From the IMG/VR virus record IMGVR_UViG_3300028587_000043, positions 1-24,051 of that record: a stretch of 24,051 bases of DNA. The stretch is one strand, 5' to 3'. A program made the position numbers and the translations under genes. Of the stretch, positions 16,058 to 24,051 are shown one piece after another (within the stretch, counting starts at the first letter, position 1; every line of letters begins with the position of its first letter). Under the pieces are notes generated by a model, which saw only the letters and a list, made by a program, of their open reading frames with translations, was not told the origin of the DNA and did no database searches. Source of the DNA: a virus (Duplodnaviria > Caudoviricetes).

Positions 16058-19000
16058 TTACCGATGCGGCGTTTCGCCTCTGGTTGAAGCAGGACAACCG
16101 GGCGAACCGCGTCTGGACGACGCACCTCAACTATCAGGCCGAGGAGAGCGGCGGTCCGGTCACGCAGTTGTTGCGCCTGTCGGACAAGCCGTACCGTCGC
16201 GGCGCCGGCCGCTACTACGCCGTGGTGGTGCAGAGTCCCGAGCTATCACGCGAGCTAGGCGGCGAGAAGCATGGCGTGTACGCCGCGTCCTACGGCAAGC
16301 TGATTATCGACAAGCGAGGCGGCGAGTTCGAATGGTTGATCGACGCGGCGGTCGACGGCTCGATAGTCGAATTCCGTCTCGGCGATGTGGCGTGGGACGT
16401 CGCCGATCATCGGCTGATCTTCCGAGCGAAGATGGTTGCCGTCGAGCGCGCCGATACCGACACACTCGAAATAGAATTGCAGGATACGTCGGCCGACCTC
16501 AACAAAAGCATCTCCGGGCAGGTGCTCGTCGGCGGGACCGGACCGAATGCGGACAAGCCGCGCTCGTTCAACTTTGGTCTGGTGCGCGAGGTCGAATGCG
16601 ATCTCGTTGATCTGGATGCGTTGCGATGGTCGCATAGCGATACCGGCGTCAACACTATCGCGCTCGACGTGCAGGTGCGCTTGGAGTCGGTCGCGTTCAC
16701 CGATGACGGCGACGGCACGGTGCGCCTCGATGATTCGCCGCCGAGTTCGGGCAAGGTCACGGCGACGGTTCTCGCGACCGCGCCCGACGCCGACCCGTCC
16801 GACACGACGCGGCATCTCGTCAGCGACTTGCTCGACGTGGCGGTCGGGCAGCGGTCGGGGTTGATCGCCGCCGGCACGTACAGCGGCGCGCACCCTACGT
16901 TCGTGGTCGGTGACTTCGAGGATTATCCGATTGGGACCAGCGTCAGGGACACCGAAAACACGGTGGACTTCCTGAAGGATGCGGCGCAGACCGGGCAGTT
17001 CGCCTACGCCATCACCCGGCTTGGCGATTTCAACTATCTGCGCATCCGGCCGAATGACATCGCAGCATTGCCGATGGTCCCATTCGAGATTGGCAAGGAT
17101 GACGTCAAGCTGTCACCGGAACCATCGATCGCCAATGAGCGGCCCGGCTATTACAAGATTCGCGCGCGCGGCAATCGCAACTGGACGCAGACCGATGACG
17201 TAGCCGGCGACGTTATCACTGGCGAGGAATATGTCATCCGCACGCGGCTCGGCCTGCCATTCGAGCAGGACGACGCGGTTGGTACCACGTACGCCGACCG
17301 GCCCGAGCTTTACGACCTGATGCTGGTCGAGTCGCCGATCATCGACACGCTGATTTCGGCAGAGAACGACGAAACCGCGACCGAGATTCTGCGCGCGTGG
17401 GCCGAGGTCGAGCGGTTCAACGGACTGCCGCAGTTGCGCCACGCGAACCTGACGGTGGGGATGGAGTTTTTCGAAAAGGAACTCGGCGACGTCGCGCTGA
17501 TTACGTTCCCGTTCTTTCGCATGGATGCCGGCACGCTGGCGCAAGTCGTCGGCATCAAGCTGCGGCCGACCGATTACGAGATTGACCTAGTGCTCTATTT
17601 CCGCTCGCTGTCGGAACCGTACCCGGAGGGCTGGGAGCGCATCACGACGAGCGAGGACGCGACGACCGACTCGTCGTTCGACTACGATTCGACGGCCGGG
17701 CCGCCAGTGGTACCGCCGCCCGGGCCGACGGATGTGCCGCCGGGGATTCCGCTGCTGGGCGCTGGCGCGGCGCTGGTCGGTGGACTCGAGGCGTGGGGGG
17801 ATGTACCGAATCCGGTGCCGCCGACGCCGGCCTACGCACGCGGCCAGCATTTCGTCGGCAGCATTCAGGCGTTCGCCGACTTCAATCGCACCGTCGCGAT
17901 GGACTCCACCGGCACGCTTGCCGCTGTGGGGATTCCTTCGTATGCGCCATCCGGTATTCACCCCGACGGGTCGGTCCGTGTCTACGAGCGCTCGGGCGCG
18001 ACGTGGAGCTTGACGCAGACGTTGACGGCTACGCCGTACAGTTCCGAGATTGGCTACGCGGTCAGCGTAGCGGACAACGCGACCGTCGTCGCATCCGAAA
18101 ACAATGGTCAGCATTTTCACGTCTGGACCCGCACGAGTCCGACAACGTGGTCGCATCAGCGAATAGACGATTTGACTACGGCGGCATCTAGCAATGCCGC
18201 ACCTGATATTGCGATCAGCCGCGACGGCACGGTGATTGCGTACATCGGCTCGTTCGGCGACTTGGTGTTCAGCGTTTGGAAATTGGTGACGGGTACGTGG
18301 ACGCACATGCAGACGGTGAGCCTCGGCGGCGTCGATATGGCGGGCACGCTGGCGATTTCGCCTGATGGCGAATTGATCGTGGTGAACGGATCGAGCGGCG
18401 TCGGCGGCGATACGCGCATCCTCGTTTACCAATCCAATCCCGGCTTGACCACTTGGTCATTGACTAATTTTCTATCGCCAGCAAGCGACTCGGGTAACAC
18501 AGGATTCTTCGCTGTCCAACAGATCGCGTTGTCGGCCGACAGGCAATTGCTCGTTGCGGCGGCGCCGGTCGATCAGGATGGCTCGTTCGTCGGCGGTACG
18601 GTGTTCGTCTACAAGTCAAGCAATCGCGGCGCTACGTTTGCGCTCGCGACGTGGATCAGGATCGAGGCTGCTCCGGGGACGAACACCGCGATCGGGTCGG
18701 TCGCGGTCAATGATGACGGCTCGCGTATTTTCATTGGCGCGCCGTATCGCGACAACCCTGCGGCCGAGTCTGGCGCGCTATGGTACGTCGATCATCCGCG
18801 CTTCCTGCTGGCCGGCCCGCGCTACCTATCGAGCCACGGCGTCGAGGTTGCCAATCCCTACGGGAGCGCGACGAACAGCCAGCGCTTCAGCGAGTCGCTG
18901 GCGGTGTCCGGCGACGGGTTCCATTTCGCGGTGGTGAGCGCAGACGGCGATTTCAGCGGCGCCGATACGCTCGACTTCTTCCACTGGACGAACACGCAGA

Positions 19001-19164
19001 GCAGCGTTGGCGAAGCGCTCGGCCGCGCGATCGTTACCGGCATCGGCTCGTTCACGTTGCCGGCTGGCGCTGGCGAACTCATGACACCGACTGGCGGGTA
19101 CTTGATTTCGGTGTCCGGCAATGATGCGATGGCGCCCGATGGCGGGATGCAGGGAGATATCTGA
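16054..19164 (+). CDS. Tail tip/hub-like protein with a Pro-rich linker and a C-terminal 7-bladed FG-GAP-like beta-propeller, 1036 aa
   Basis: ATGA overlap with the tape measure gene. ELGDVALITF OB-like motif near residue 480, GPPVVPPPGP linker, then seven [VI]A[IL]S.DG-type repeats. Confidence 0.75.
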   Translation: MITDAAFRLWLKQDNRANRVWTTHLNYQAEESGGPVTQLLRLSDKPYRRGAGRYYAVVVQSPELSRELGGEKHGVYAASYGKLIIDKRGGEFEWLIDAAVDGSIVEFRLGDVAWDVADHRLIFRAKMVAVERADTDTLEIELQDTSADLNKSISGQVLVGGTGPNADKPRSFNFGLVREVECDLVDLDALRWSHSDTGVNTIALDVQVRLESVAFTDDGDGTVRLDDSPPSSGKVTATVLATAPDADPSDTTRHLVSDLLDVAVGQRSGLIAAGTYSGAHPTFVVGDFEDYPIGTSVRDTENTVDFLKDAAQTGQFAYAITRLGDFNYLRIRPNDIAALPMVPFEIGKDDVKLSPEPSIANERPGYYKIRARGNRNWTQTDDVAGDVITGEEYVIRTRLGLPFEQDDAVGTTYADRPELYDLMLVESPIIDTLISAENDETATEILRAWAEVERFNGLPQLRHANLTVGMEFFEKELGDVALITFPFFRMDAGTLAQVVGIKLRPTDYEIDLVLYFRSLSEPYPEGWERITTSEDATTDSSFDYDSTAGPPVVPPPGPTDVPPGIPLLGAGAALVGGLEAWGDVPNPVPPTPAYARGQHFVGSIQAFADFNRTVAMDSTGTLAAVGIPSYAPSGIHPDGSVRVYERSGATWSLTQTLTATPYSSEIGYAVSVADNATVVASENNGQHFHVWTRTSPTTWSHQRIDDLTTAASSNAAPDIAISRDGTVIAYIGSFGDLVFSVWKLVTGTWTHMQTVSLGGVDMAGTLAISPDGELIVVNGSSGVGGDTRILVYQSNPGLTTWSLTNFLSPASDSGNTGFFAVQQIALSADRQLLVAAAPVDQDGSFVGGTVFVYKSSNRGATFALATWIRIEAAPGTNTAIGSVAVNDDGSRIFIGAPYRDNPAAESGALWYVDHPRFLLAGPRYLSSHGVEVANPYGSATNSQRFSESLAVSGDGFHFAVVSADGDFSGADTLDFFHWTNTQSSVGEALGRAIVTGIGSFTLPAGAGELMTPTGGYLISVSGNDAMAPDGGMQGDI

Positions 19165-20486
19165 TGGCTACTCGCTACGTCCGCAGCACAGACGGCAGCA
19201 ATGCTGATAACGGCACGACGTGGGCGCTGGCGAAGCTCGACTTGGCTGGCGTGTCGGCGATCACGGTGGCCGGCGATGTTATCTATGTGTCGCAGGTGCA
19301 CGCCGAAACTACGGCTGGCGCTATCACGATCAATTGGAACGGCACCGTGGCAGCGCCGGTGCGCATTCTGTGCGGCAACGATGCAGCGCAGCCGCCGACC
19401 GCAGGTGCGACGACTGCGACAGTTACGACCACGGGTGCCGGCGCCGGGATGACGCTGGGCGGTTCGGTGCCGGCGTCGTTCAATGTCGCCGGTATCACGT
19501 TCAACTGCGGCAGCGGCGCGAACAATATGAACCTGTCGGCCGGGTCCAACGGTTCCAGTGGCCACCGGCAGGTGTATGAATCGTGCAACTTCAAGATGGT
19601 CGCCAGCGGTGCGACGTGCTTGATCGTTATCGGCGGCGGCATCTATATCAACTGCGGCTTTCAATTCGCCGCAGCCGGCCAGAAGTTCAACGCGGGTGCC
19701 GGTGGTTCGAACATACGCGGCGGCGGCATCATCGCCGGCGGTACGTCGCCGACGTTTGTGTTCGACTTCACCAGCACGAAGCACTTTGTTGAAGGCTTCG
19801 ACTTCTCGGCGTGCAGCGCAGGCGTGCATCTGTGCGACATAACCGGAGCGTCGGCGCCCGCGTGGGCGATGTTCCGCAACTGCAAGTTGCCGGCATCATG
19901 GTCGGGGAGCTTGGTGCAGACGCCAGCATCAATGCACCCGGAAGCGACCGCCGAGATGATCAATTGCAGCGCGGGCGCGCAGAATTACAAGTATTGGAAG
20001 CAGACCCGGTTCGGCTCGGTGCGCGATGAGACGACCATCGTGCACGCGGGCGGCGCATCCGATGGCGCGACGACGCTGACGTGGAAGATGGTTGCGGCGT
20101 CGCCGGTGTTCCCGAATTCGGCGCTGCAAAGCGCTGACATATTTCAGTGGAACGCCACGGTCGGCTCACCGGTTACGGCGACGATCGAGGTCGTGAACGA
20201 TGGCGCTACGCTGAAGGATGACGAGCTGTGGATCGAGGTCGAATATCTCGGGAGTTCGGCGGCGCCGGTGAGCACGCACACTACCGACCGGCGCGCGATC
20301 ATTGCGACCGCCGCCAATCAAACGTCGTCCTCGGCAACGTGGACTACCACCGGACTGGCGAGCCCGATCAAACAAAAGCTCGATGTCACATTCACGCCGC
20401 AGATGGCCGGCTTCGTGGTTGCCCGCGTGATGCTGGCGAAGGCGTCGGCCACCGTCTACGTTGATCCGAAGGTGACTCTCACATGA
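19164..20486 (+). CDS. Putative tail spike/receptor-binding protein, beta-helix-like, 440 aa
   Basis: N-terminal YVRSTDGSNADNGTTWALAK..AGDVIYV resembles the cap of parallel beta-helix proteins. Recurrent xNC/SC ladders; G/A/T/S-rich. Confidence 0.55.
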   Translation: MATRYVRSTDGSNADNGTTWALAKLDLAGVSAITVAGDVIYVSQVHAETTAGAITINWNGTVAAPVRILCGNDAAQPPTAGATTATVTTTGAGAGMTLGGSVPASFNVAGITFNCGSGANNMNLSAGSNGSSGHRQVYESCNFKMVASGATCLIVIGGGIYINCGFQFAAAGQKFNAGAGGSNIRGGGIIAGGTSPTFVFDFTSTKHFVEGFDFSACSAGVHLCDITGASAPAWAMFRNCKLPASWSGSLVQTPASMHPEATAEMINCSAGAQNYKYWKQTRFGSVRDETTIVHAGGASDGATTLTWKMVAASPVFPNSALQSADIFQWNATVGSPVTATIEVVNDGATLKDDELWIEVEYLGSSAAPVSTHTTDRRAIIATAANQTSSSATWTTTGLASPIKQKLDVTFTPQMAGFVVARVMLAKASATVYVDPKVTLT

Positions 20487-20908
20487 GCAAGAGCACGGCA
20501 CTGCGGAGCGGTTATCTGTTGCAGATGTTCAACCGCACGAACTTCGCGAACATCACCGATGATGCCGCGTCGTCGCCGCTGGCGAGCTTTTTCATCGCCG
20601 CGCATACGGCCGACCCCGGTGTCGGCGGCACGCAGGTGACGAGCGAGTGCGCGTATACGGGTTATGCGCGCATCGGGATCGTGCGCTCTGGCGCGGGGTG
20701 GGTCGTCAGCGGTAACACGGTCGAGCCGGCGACGAACCCGGTCGAGCTTGGACAGTGCACCGCAGGATCGGAGTCGATTACGCATTTCACCATCGGCGAG
20801 CTTACCAGCGGCGCCGGCCGCATCTTCTATATCGGCGAGGTGAATCCGAACATCGCTGTCAGCGTTGGCGTGACGCCGAGCATCGACGCCACGGTCGAGG
20901 AGGAGTGA
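20483..20908 (+). CDS. Putative tail-associated virion protein, 141 aa
   Basis: ATGA overlap; the HTADPG.GG.Q.TSE.AYTGYAR motif recurs in phage tail-region proteins. Confidence 0.7.
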   Translation: MSKSTALRSGYLLQMFNRTNFANITDDAASSPLASFFIAAHTADPGVGGTQVTSECAYTGYARIGIVRSGAGWVVSGNTVEPATNPVELGQCTAGSESITHFTIGELTSGAGRIFYIGEVNPNIAVSVGVTPSIDATVEEE

Positions 20909-21717
20909 TGGCCGACCGCGCCTACCTTGTAATCCAGAACGATCACGACGAGGCCACGCTGGCGACGTCGCTCGCGCCGCGCGGCGTTGGCTATGAGGCC
21001 GAGCGTACGCAGAATGCGATCCGCGATGACGAGTTCGCCACGACCAACTTGAGCGCGCAAACCCTGACCGGAACATGGGCGGCGCCGAAAACCGTCAACC
21101 ATTTCAGCGTCCACCAGCATGGCCTGTACGGGGCGACGCTGCGCTTTCAGTGCGGGGCATACGACTCCGGTGTGGTCGATGTGGCCGACTTCACCGTGCC
21201 GGCAATCGTCGTCGCCGGCTACACCGACAGCGATGGAAGCGCCGATCCGTATGCGCATGAGTCGAGCTTCTGGCTCGACTTCCCCGAGCAGACCGACGAT
21301 GCGTACACGCTCACCTTCGGCGGGACGCCGCGCGATTGGGGTTGGTTCTGGCTGTCGCGGATATGGGTCGGCAAGTCGCAGTGGTTCGAACACACCGCCG
21401 TCGCCGGCTATCAGTGGTCGCGCGAGACACAATCGAAAGCCGGCCGCACCTTCGGCGGGTCACGGCGCGTCAACCGGGGCGAGTCGTACCGGCGCGCATC
21501 CTTCGACTTCAATGCCATCACGACGGACGAGGCGGCGGTACTCGAGGATATGCAACGGCGTTGCGATATCGGCGGCGACCTGATCGCCAACCTATTCGCC
21601 GGCGAGGGCTCGCGCCGCGAGCGCAATCAGGTGTTTGCCGGAACGCTCGCACAGATCAGTCCGCTCACGTTGAATCAGTCGCGTGCCGCAATCAGGTTTC
21701 AAATGGAGGAGAACTAA
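20908..21717 (+). CDS. Putative tail tip / distal-tail-like protein, 269 aa
   Basis: SD GAGGAGG and TGATG overlap. The C-terminal SKAGRTFGG..YRRASFDF..FQMEE pattern resembles Dit-type proteins. Start reassigned to 20908. Confidence 0.55.
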   Translation: MADRAYLVIQNDHDEATLATSLAPRGVGYEAERTQNAIRDDEFATTNLSAQTLTGTWAAPKTVNHFSVHQHGLYGATLRFQCGAYDSGVVDVADFTVPAIVVAGYTDSDGSADPYAHESSFWLDFPEQTDDAYTLTFGGTPRDWGWFWLSRIWVGKSQWFEHTAVAGYQWSRETQSKAGRTFGGSRRVNRGESYRRASFDFNAITTDEAAVLEDMQRRCDIGGDLIANLFAGEGSRRERNQVFAGTLAQISPLTLNQSRAAIRFQMEEN

Positions 21718-22079
21718 TGGCCGCCCCGAATCTTAAATCCGCAACGCTGGTGGTCGCGCCTGACCGCGCGCTCTATCATCTGACGTCGACCTCGCTGGTC
21801 CAACTTATTGCTGCCGTTCCGACCGGCTACGCCTACTTCATCGAACAGATCAGCGTGTGCAACAAAGGCACCGCGTCGGCGAACATCACGATTACGATAC
21901 GTGATAGCGGGGCAGAGGACTGGCACGTCTGTTCGAAGCGCGCTTGCCAGATTAAAAATGCGTTCAACGCTGCGCAAGGTCGCGCGCACATCCTGAACGA
22001 AGGCGACTCGGTATGGGGGAAGCTGGAAGCAGCCGGCGCGGTCGACGTCGTGATCCCGTACACCAAGGCGCACGAATAG
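21717..22079 (+). CDS. Hypothetical beta-rich virion-associated protein, 120 aa
   Basis: SD GGAGGAG and TAATG overlap; MAAPNL..ISVCN..ANITI..ILNEGDS pattern. Confidence 0.7.
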   Translation: MAAPNLKSATLVVAPDRALYHLTSTSLVQLIAAVPTGYAYFIEQISVCNKGTASANITITIRDSGAEDWHVCSKRACQIKNAFNAAQGRAHILNEGDSVWGKLEAAGAVDVVIPYTKAHE

Positions 22080-22081
22080 CG

Positions 22082-22288
22082 ATGCGCGCGCTCTTGCTGG
22101 CGGCCATGCTGGCCGGCTGCACTAGCGTGTACGTGCAGACCGGCGACGGCACGATCGAACGCAGTACCGACATCGAGCGCAGCGTACGCGGGCGTGCCGC
22201 CACGACGGTTGAAGTGGTGCCGGTCCCGGTGCCTACGATCACCGTGCCGGTGCCGGTGCCGGTGCAGCCGAAAGAGGAAAAACGTTGA
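22082..22288 (+). CDS. Small lipoprotein with a Val-Pro repeat tail (o-spanin/superinfection-exclusion candidate), 68 aa
   Basis: Signal peptide II MRALLLAAMLAG|C with an LAGC lipobox; C-terminal VVPVPVPTITVPVPVPVQP. Confidence 0.7.
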   Translation: MRALLLAAMLAGCTSVYVQTGDGTIERSTDIERSVRGRAATTVEVVPVPVPTITVPVPVPVQPKEEKR

Positions 22289-22317
22289 TTGCCTGACCGG
22301 GACAATCGCCGCACAAT
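22289..22317 (+). promoter_or_regulatory. Putative sigma70 promoter for the accessory block
   Basis: TTGCCT (22289-22294), 17-nt spacer, CACAAT (22312-22317); 4/6 match in each box; intergenic. Confidence 0.4.
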
Positions 22318-22323
22318 GCAGCG

Positions 22324-22341
22324 GTCACCGGCATTTTTGCC
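22324..22341 (+). repeat. Leader motif copy 1, GTCACCGGCATTTTTGCC
   Basis: 17/18 identical to 23264-23281; internal dyad CCGGCA-TTTT-TGCCGG; 9 nt before SD GAGGAG. Confidence 0.8.
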
Positions 22342-22363
22342 GGCTCACTCGAGGAGACTTGCC

Positions 22364-22591
22364 ATGGTTGCTGTTGCGCCGCTGTCGACGTCCGCGAATC
22401 CACTGACGCCACCGACCCCGGGCACGCCCGGCACGCCACCGACCCCGGGCACGCCACCGACCCCGGGTGTACCACCGACTCCCGGCGCTCCGGGTGTACC
22501 ACCGACTCCGGGTGTACCACCGACCCCGGGCACGCCGCCAACGCCGGGCACGCCGCCAACACCGCCGAGCCCGCCGACTCGAAAGGGTTGA
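22364..22591 (+). CDS. Pro/Thr/Gly repeat peptide, 75 aa
   Basis: SD GAGGAG 22351-22356 before ATG 22364. Seven [TV]PPTPG units encoded by 9/18-bp tandem repeats with synonymous variation. Confidence 0.65.
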   Translation: MVAVAPLSTSANPLTPPTPGTPGTPPTPGTPPTPGVPPTPGAPGVPPTPGVPPTPGTPPTPGTPPTPPSPPTRKG

Positions 22592-22593
22592 CC

Positions 22594-22755
22594 ATGTTCA
22601 TCGGACTGACGTTGATCGTCGCGATCGTCGGCGTGCTGATGTATGCACTCTGCGCGCAGATCAAATTGCAGGAGGTCGGCCGGCTCATGTTTTTTGCCGG
22701 ACTGCTGGCGTTCCTACTCGTCGGCGGGCCGCGCGTGATCGAACTGGTCAAATAG
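22594..22755 (+). CDS. 53-aa two-TM membrane protein, holin candidate (absent from the ORF track)
   Basis: Translates as MFIGLTLIVAIVGVLMYALCAQIKLQEVGRLMFFAGLLAFLLVGGPRVIELVK, with 2-nt gaps to both neighbours. Confidence 0.75.
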   Translation: MFIGLTLIVAIVGVLMYALCAQIKLQEVGRLMFFAGLLAFLLVGGPRVIELVK

Positions 22756-22757
22756 CG

Positions 22758-23264
22758 ATGGCGCAAATCCCCATCGCCGGGCTGACGTACAACGGGCACC
22801 CGTGCAGTTACGACGATGGGGTTGTGCCGGTCGAGCCGCCGGTTACGCAGCCGCCGAAACCAACCGAGCCGGGCACTACCGTCTATCCAACGGAATTGCA
22901 GTCGAAGCATAAGAGCTTGTCCACGCTGCCGTGGACAACCGGCACGCGCTTGAGCGGTCCGACGATTACCCATGACTCGGCATGGATCGTGAACTTTCGC
23001 GCGGGCGCGGCGCAAACTAGACTCGTCCGCATTGGCGCGATCGAACGCGAGGGCGGGCCGCTGCACCGCGTCGGCATTCTGTTTCGGCGTAGCGATGGCG
23101 TAGTGTTGCAGCGGCTGCAATCCAGTAGCTTGTCGTGGAACTGTCTGGTCGGCCAGCCGCCGACGCCGTATCGAGTCGCGCTTGAGGCGAACACCAATTA
23201 CGCGATCGGCATTTATAACGTGAATGCCGAGCAGGGCGCGATGTTCATGGACCTGTACCTGTAG
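22758..23264 (+). CDS. Hypothetical protein with a Pro-rich linker and beta-rich domain, 168 aa
   Basis: ATG 2 nt after the previous stop; VPVEPPVTQPPKPTEP linker. Start reassigned from 22467. Confidence 0.65.
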   Translation: MAQIPIAGLTYNGHPCSYDDGVVPVEPPVTQPPKPTEPGTTVYPTELQSKHKSLSTLPWTTGTRLSGPTITHDSAWIVNFRAGAAQTRLVRIGAIEREGGPLHRVGILFRRSDGVVLQRLQSSSLSWNCLVGQPPTPYRVALEANTNYAIGIYNVNAEQGAMFMDLYL

Positions 23265-23281
23265 TCACCGGCAATTTTGCC
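23264..23281 (+). repeat. Leader motif copy 2, GTCACCGGCAATTTTGCC
   Basis: 17/18 identical to 22324-22341; 8 nt before SD GAGGAG. Confidence 0.8.
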
Positions 23282-23300
23282 TATCAGTAGAGGAGTCAGC

Positions 23301-23888
23301 ATGAATCAGATCGATCCGCTGTTGAGGCCGCCGCGCGCAGCGCCGCCACCGCTACCGGTTGACGCGCCACTCGAGACGCCGCGCGAGCAGCGCCGCGATG
23401 AGCGTGACGAGCGCGACGCGCCGGAACAGCAAGTTGCCAACGCGAACCTGACCTTCGGCGCGGCGTTCACCGCTGCGTATGCGGCAGCAGCCGCGCGCAT
23501 TCAAACGATTCATTCGAAGCTCGGCCAAGTCGTCAACGGGTTATCCGTTGGCGTGCGGCGGCCGGCGTTCATGGCCGGCGGTGGCGGCAGTGGCGCGATG
23601 CCGGCGGCGCCGACGGCGCTCAACGTCAACATCACCGGCACGCCGACGGTCGGGCAGACGCTCACCGGCCATTACGAATACTTCGACATCAACGGCAACC
23701 CCGAGGGCACGTCGACGTTCAAGTGGCGGCGCGATGGCGTGGTCATCGCCGGCGCGACGACGGTCACTTACGTGTTGGTCGCGGGCGACGCGCCGCATAA
23801 CGTTGCGTTCGAAGTCACGCCGGTCACCACTGTCGTGCCGCTCACTGGATCACCGACGCTCAGCGCACCGGTGCGCGTGTCCGCGTGA
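23301..23888 (+). CDS. Protein with a C-terminal Ig-like (AIR9 A9-type) domain, 195 aa
   Basis: SD GAGGAG. After a GGGGSG linker comes PTA.NVNITGTPTVGQTLTG.Y.Y.D.NG.PEG.S.FKW.R..IAGAT..TY.L..D..FEVTP. Confidence 0.75.
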   Translation: MNQIDPLLRPPRAAPPPLPVDAPLETPREQRRDERDERDAPEQQVANANLTFGAAFTAAYAAAAARIQTIHSKLGQVVNGLSVGVRRPAFMAGGGGSGAMPAAPTALNVNITGTPTVGQTLTGHYEYFDINGNPEGTSTFKWRRDGVVIAGATTVTYVLVAGDAPHNVAFEVTPVTTVVPLTGSPTLSAPVRVSA

Positions 23889-24051
23889 GTGAATTTGTAT
23901 TCATGAAGGAAGTCCTCGCCGCATTCGGGCGCGGCGCGACGCGGTTGTTCCGCTGCAATGCGGGCGTGTCGTGGCAGGGACTTGAGGTTGAGCACACCCG
24001 CGATCGCATCGTGCTCGACAAGCCGCGCGCGGTGCACGGCTTGTCGAGCAC
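23885..24051 (+). CDS. VRR-NUC-like nuclease, N-terminal fragment (truncated at the window end)
   Basis: GTGA overlap. MSEFVFMKEVLAAFGRGATRLFRCNAGVSWQG..IVLDKPRAVHGL resembles the N-terminus of phage VRR-NUC proteins (E..RLFRNN.G). Catalytic residues are not in the window. Confidence 0.55.
   Translation, partial: MSEFVFMKEVLAAFGRGATRLFRCNAGVSWQGLEVEHTRDRIVLDKPRAVHGLSS
24011..24051. repeat. Perfect 15-bp inverted repeat ending at the last base
   Basis: GTGCTCGACAAGCCG (24011-24025) and CGGCTTGTCGAGCAC (24037-24051). Confidence 0.9.

Noticed and set aside
22406-22579. Tandem repeats as a possible CRISPR array or iterons
   Set aside because: The units are 9/18 bp, contiguous, lack unique spacers and vary at third codon positions, so this is a coding repeat.
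16054-23888. Diversity-generating retroelement or invertible tail-fibre cassette
   Set aside because: No reverse transcriptase, invertase, adenine-variant template/variable repeat pair or inverted gene copies were seen in the window.

Overview
The window is the virion-morphogenesis arm of a GC-rich, HK97-fold long-tailed phage or prophage (siphovirus-like). A lipobox protein and an IHF-like site suggest a Gram-negative, probably proteobacterial host. All credible genes are on the + strand and most are translationally coupled. Order: terS, terL (with an unusual ~107-aa N-terminal extension carrying an AT-hook-like motif), prohead protease, major capsid, small ORF, portal (after the capsid gene, non-canonical), a coiled-coil protein with two CBM5/12-like repeats, head-tail connector, head closure, HK97 gp10-like, tail terminator-like, a 74-aa orphan, major tail protein, tail chaperone pair joined by a -1 frameshift, a 1563-aa tape measure, a tail-tip protein with a 7-bladed FG-GAP-like propeller, and four further tail/virion genes. 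An accessory block follows: lipoprotein, (xPP-TPG)n peptide, a 2-TM holin-like ORF missed by the ORF track, an unknown protein and an Ig-like protein. The window ends in a truncated VRR-NUC-like gene. The most striking non-coding signal is that the three sizeable intergenic gaps in the head-tail operon all contain stems that hide the downstream Shine-Dalgarno; one of them is a clear two-state switch. An 18-bp motif is also repeated in front of two accessory genes. No integrase, endolysin, tRNA, CRISPR array or reverse transcriptase is visible. All family calls come from motif recognition and gene position, not database searches.
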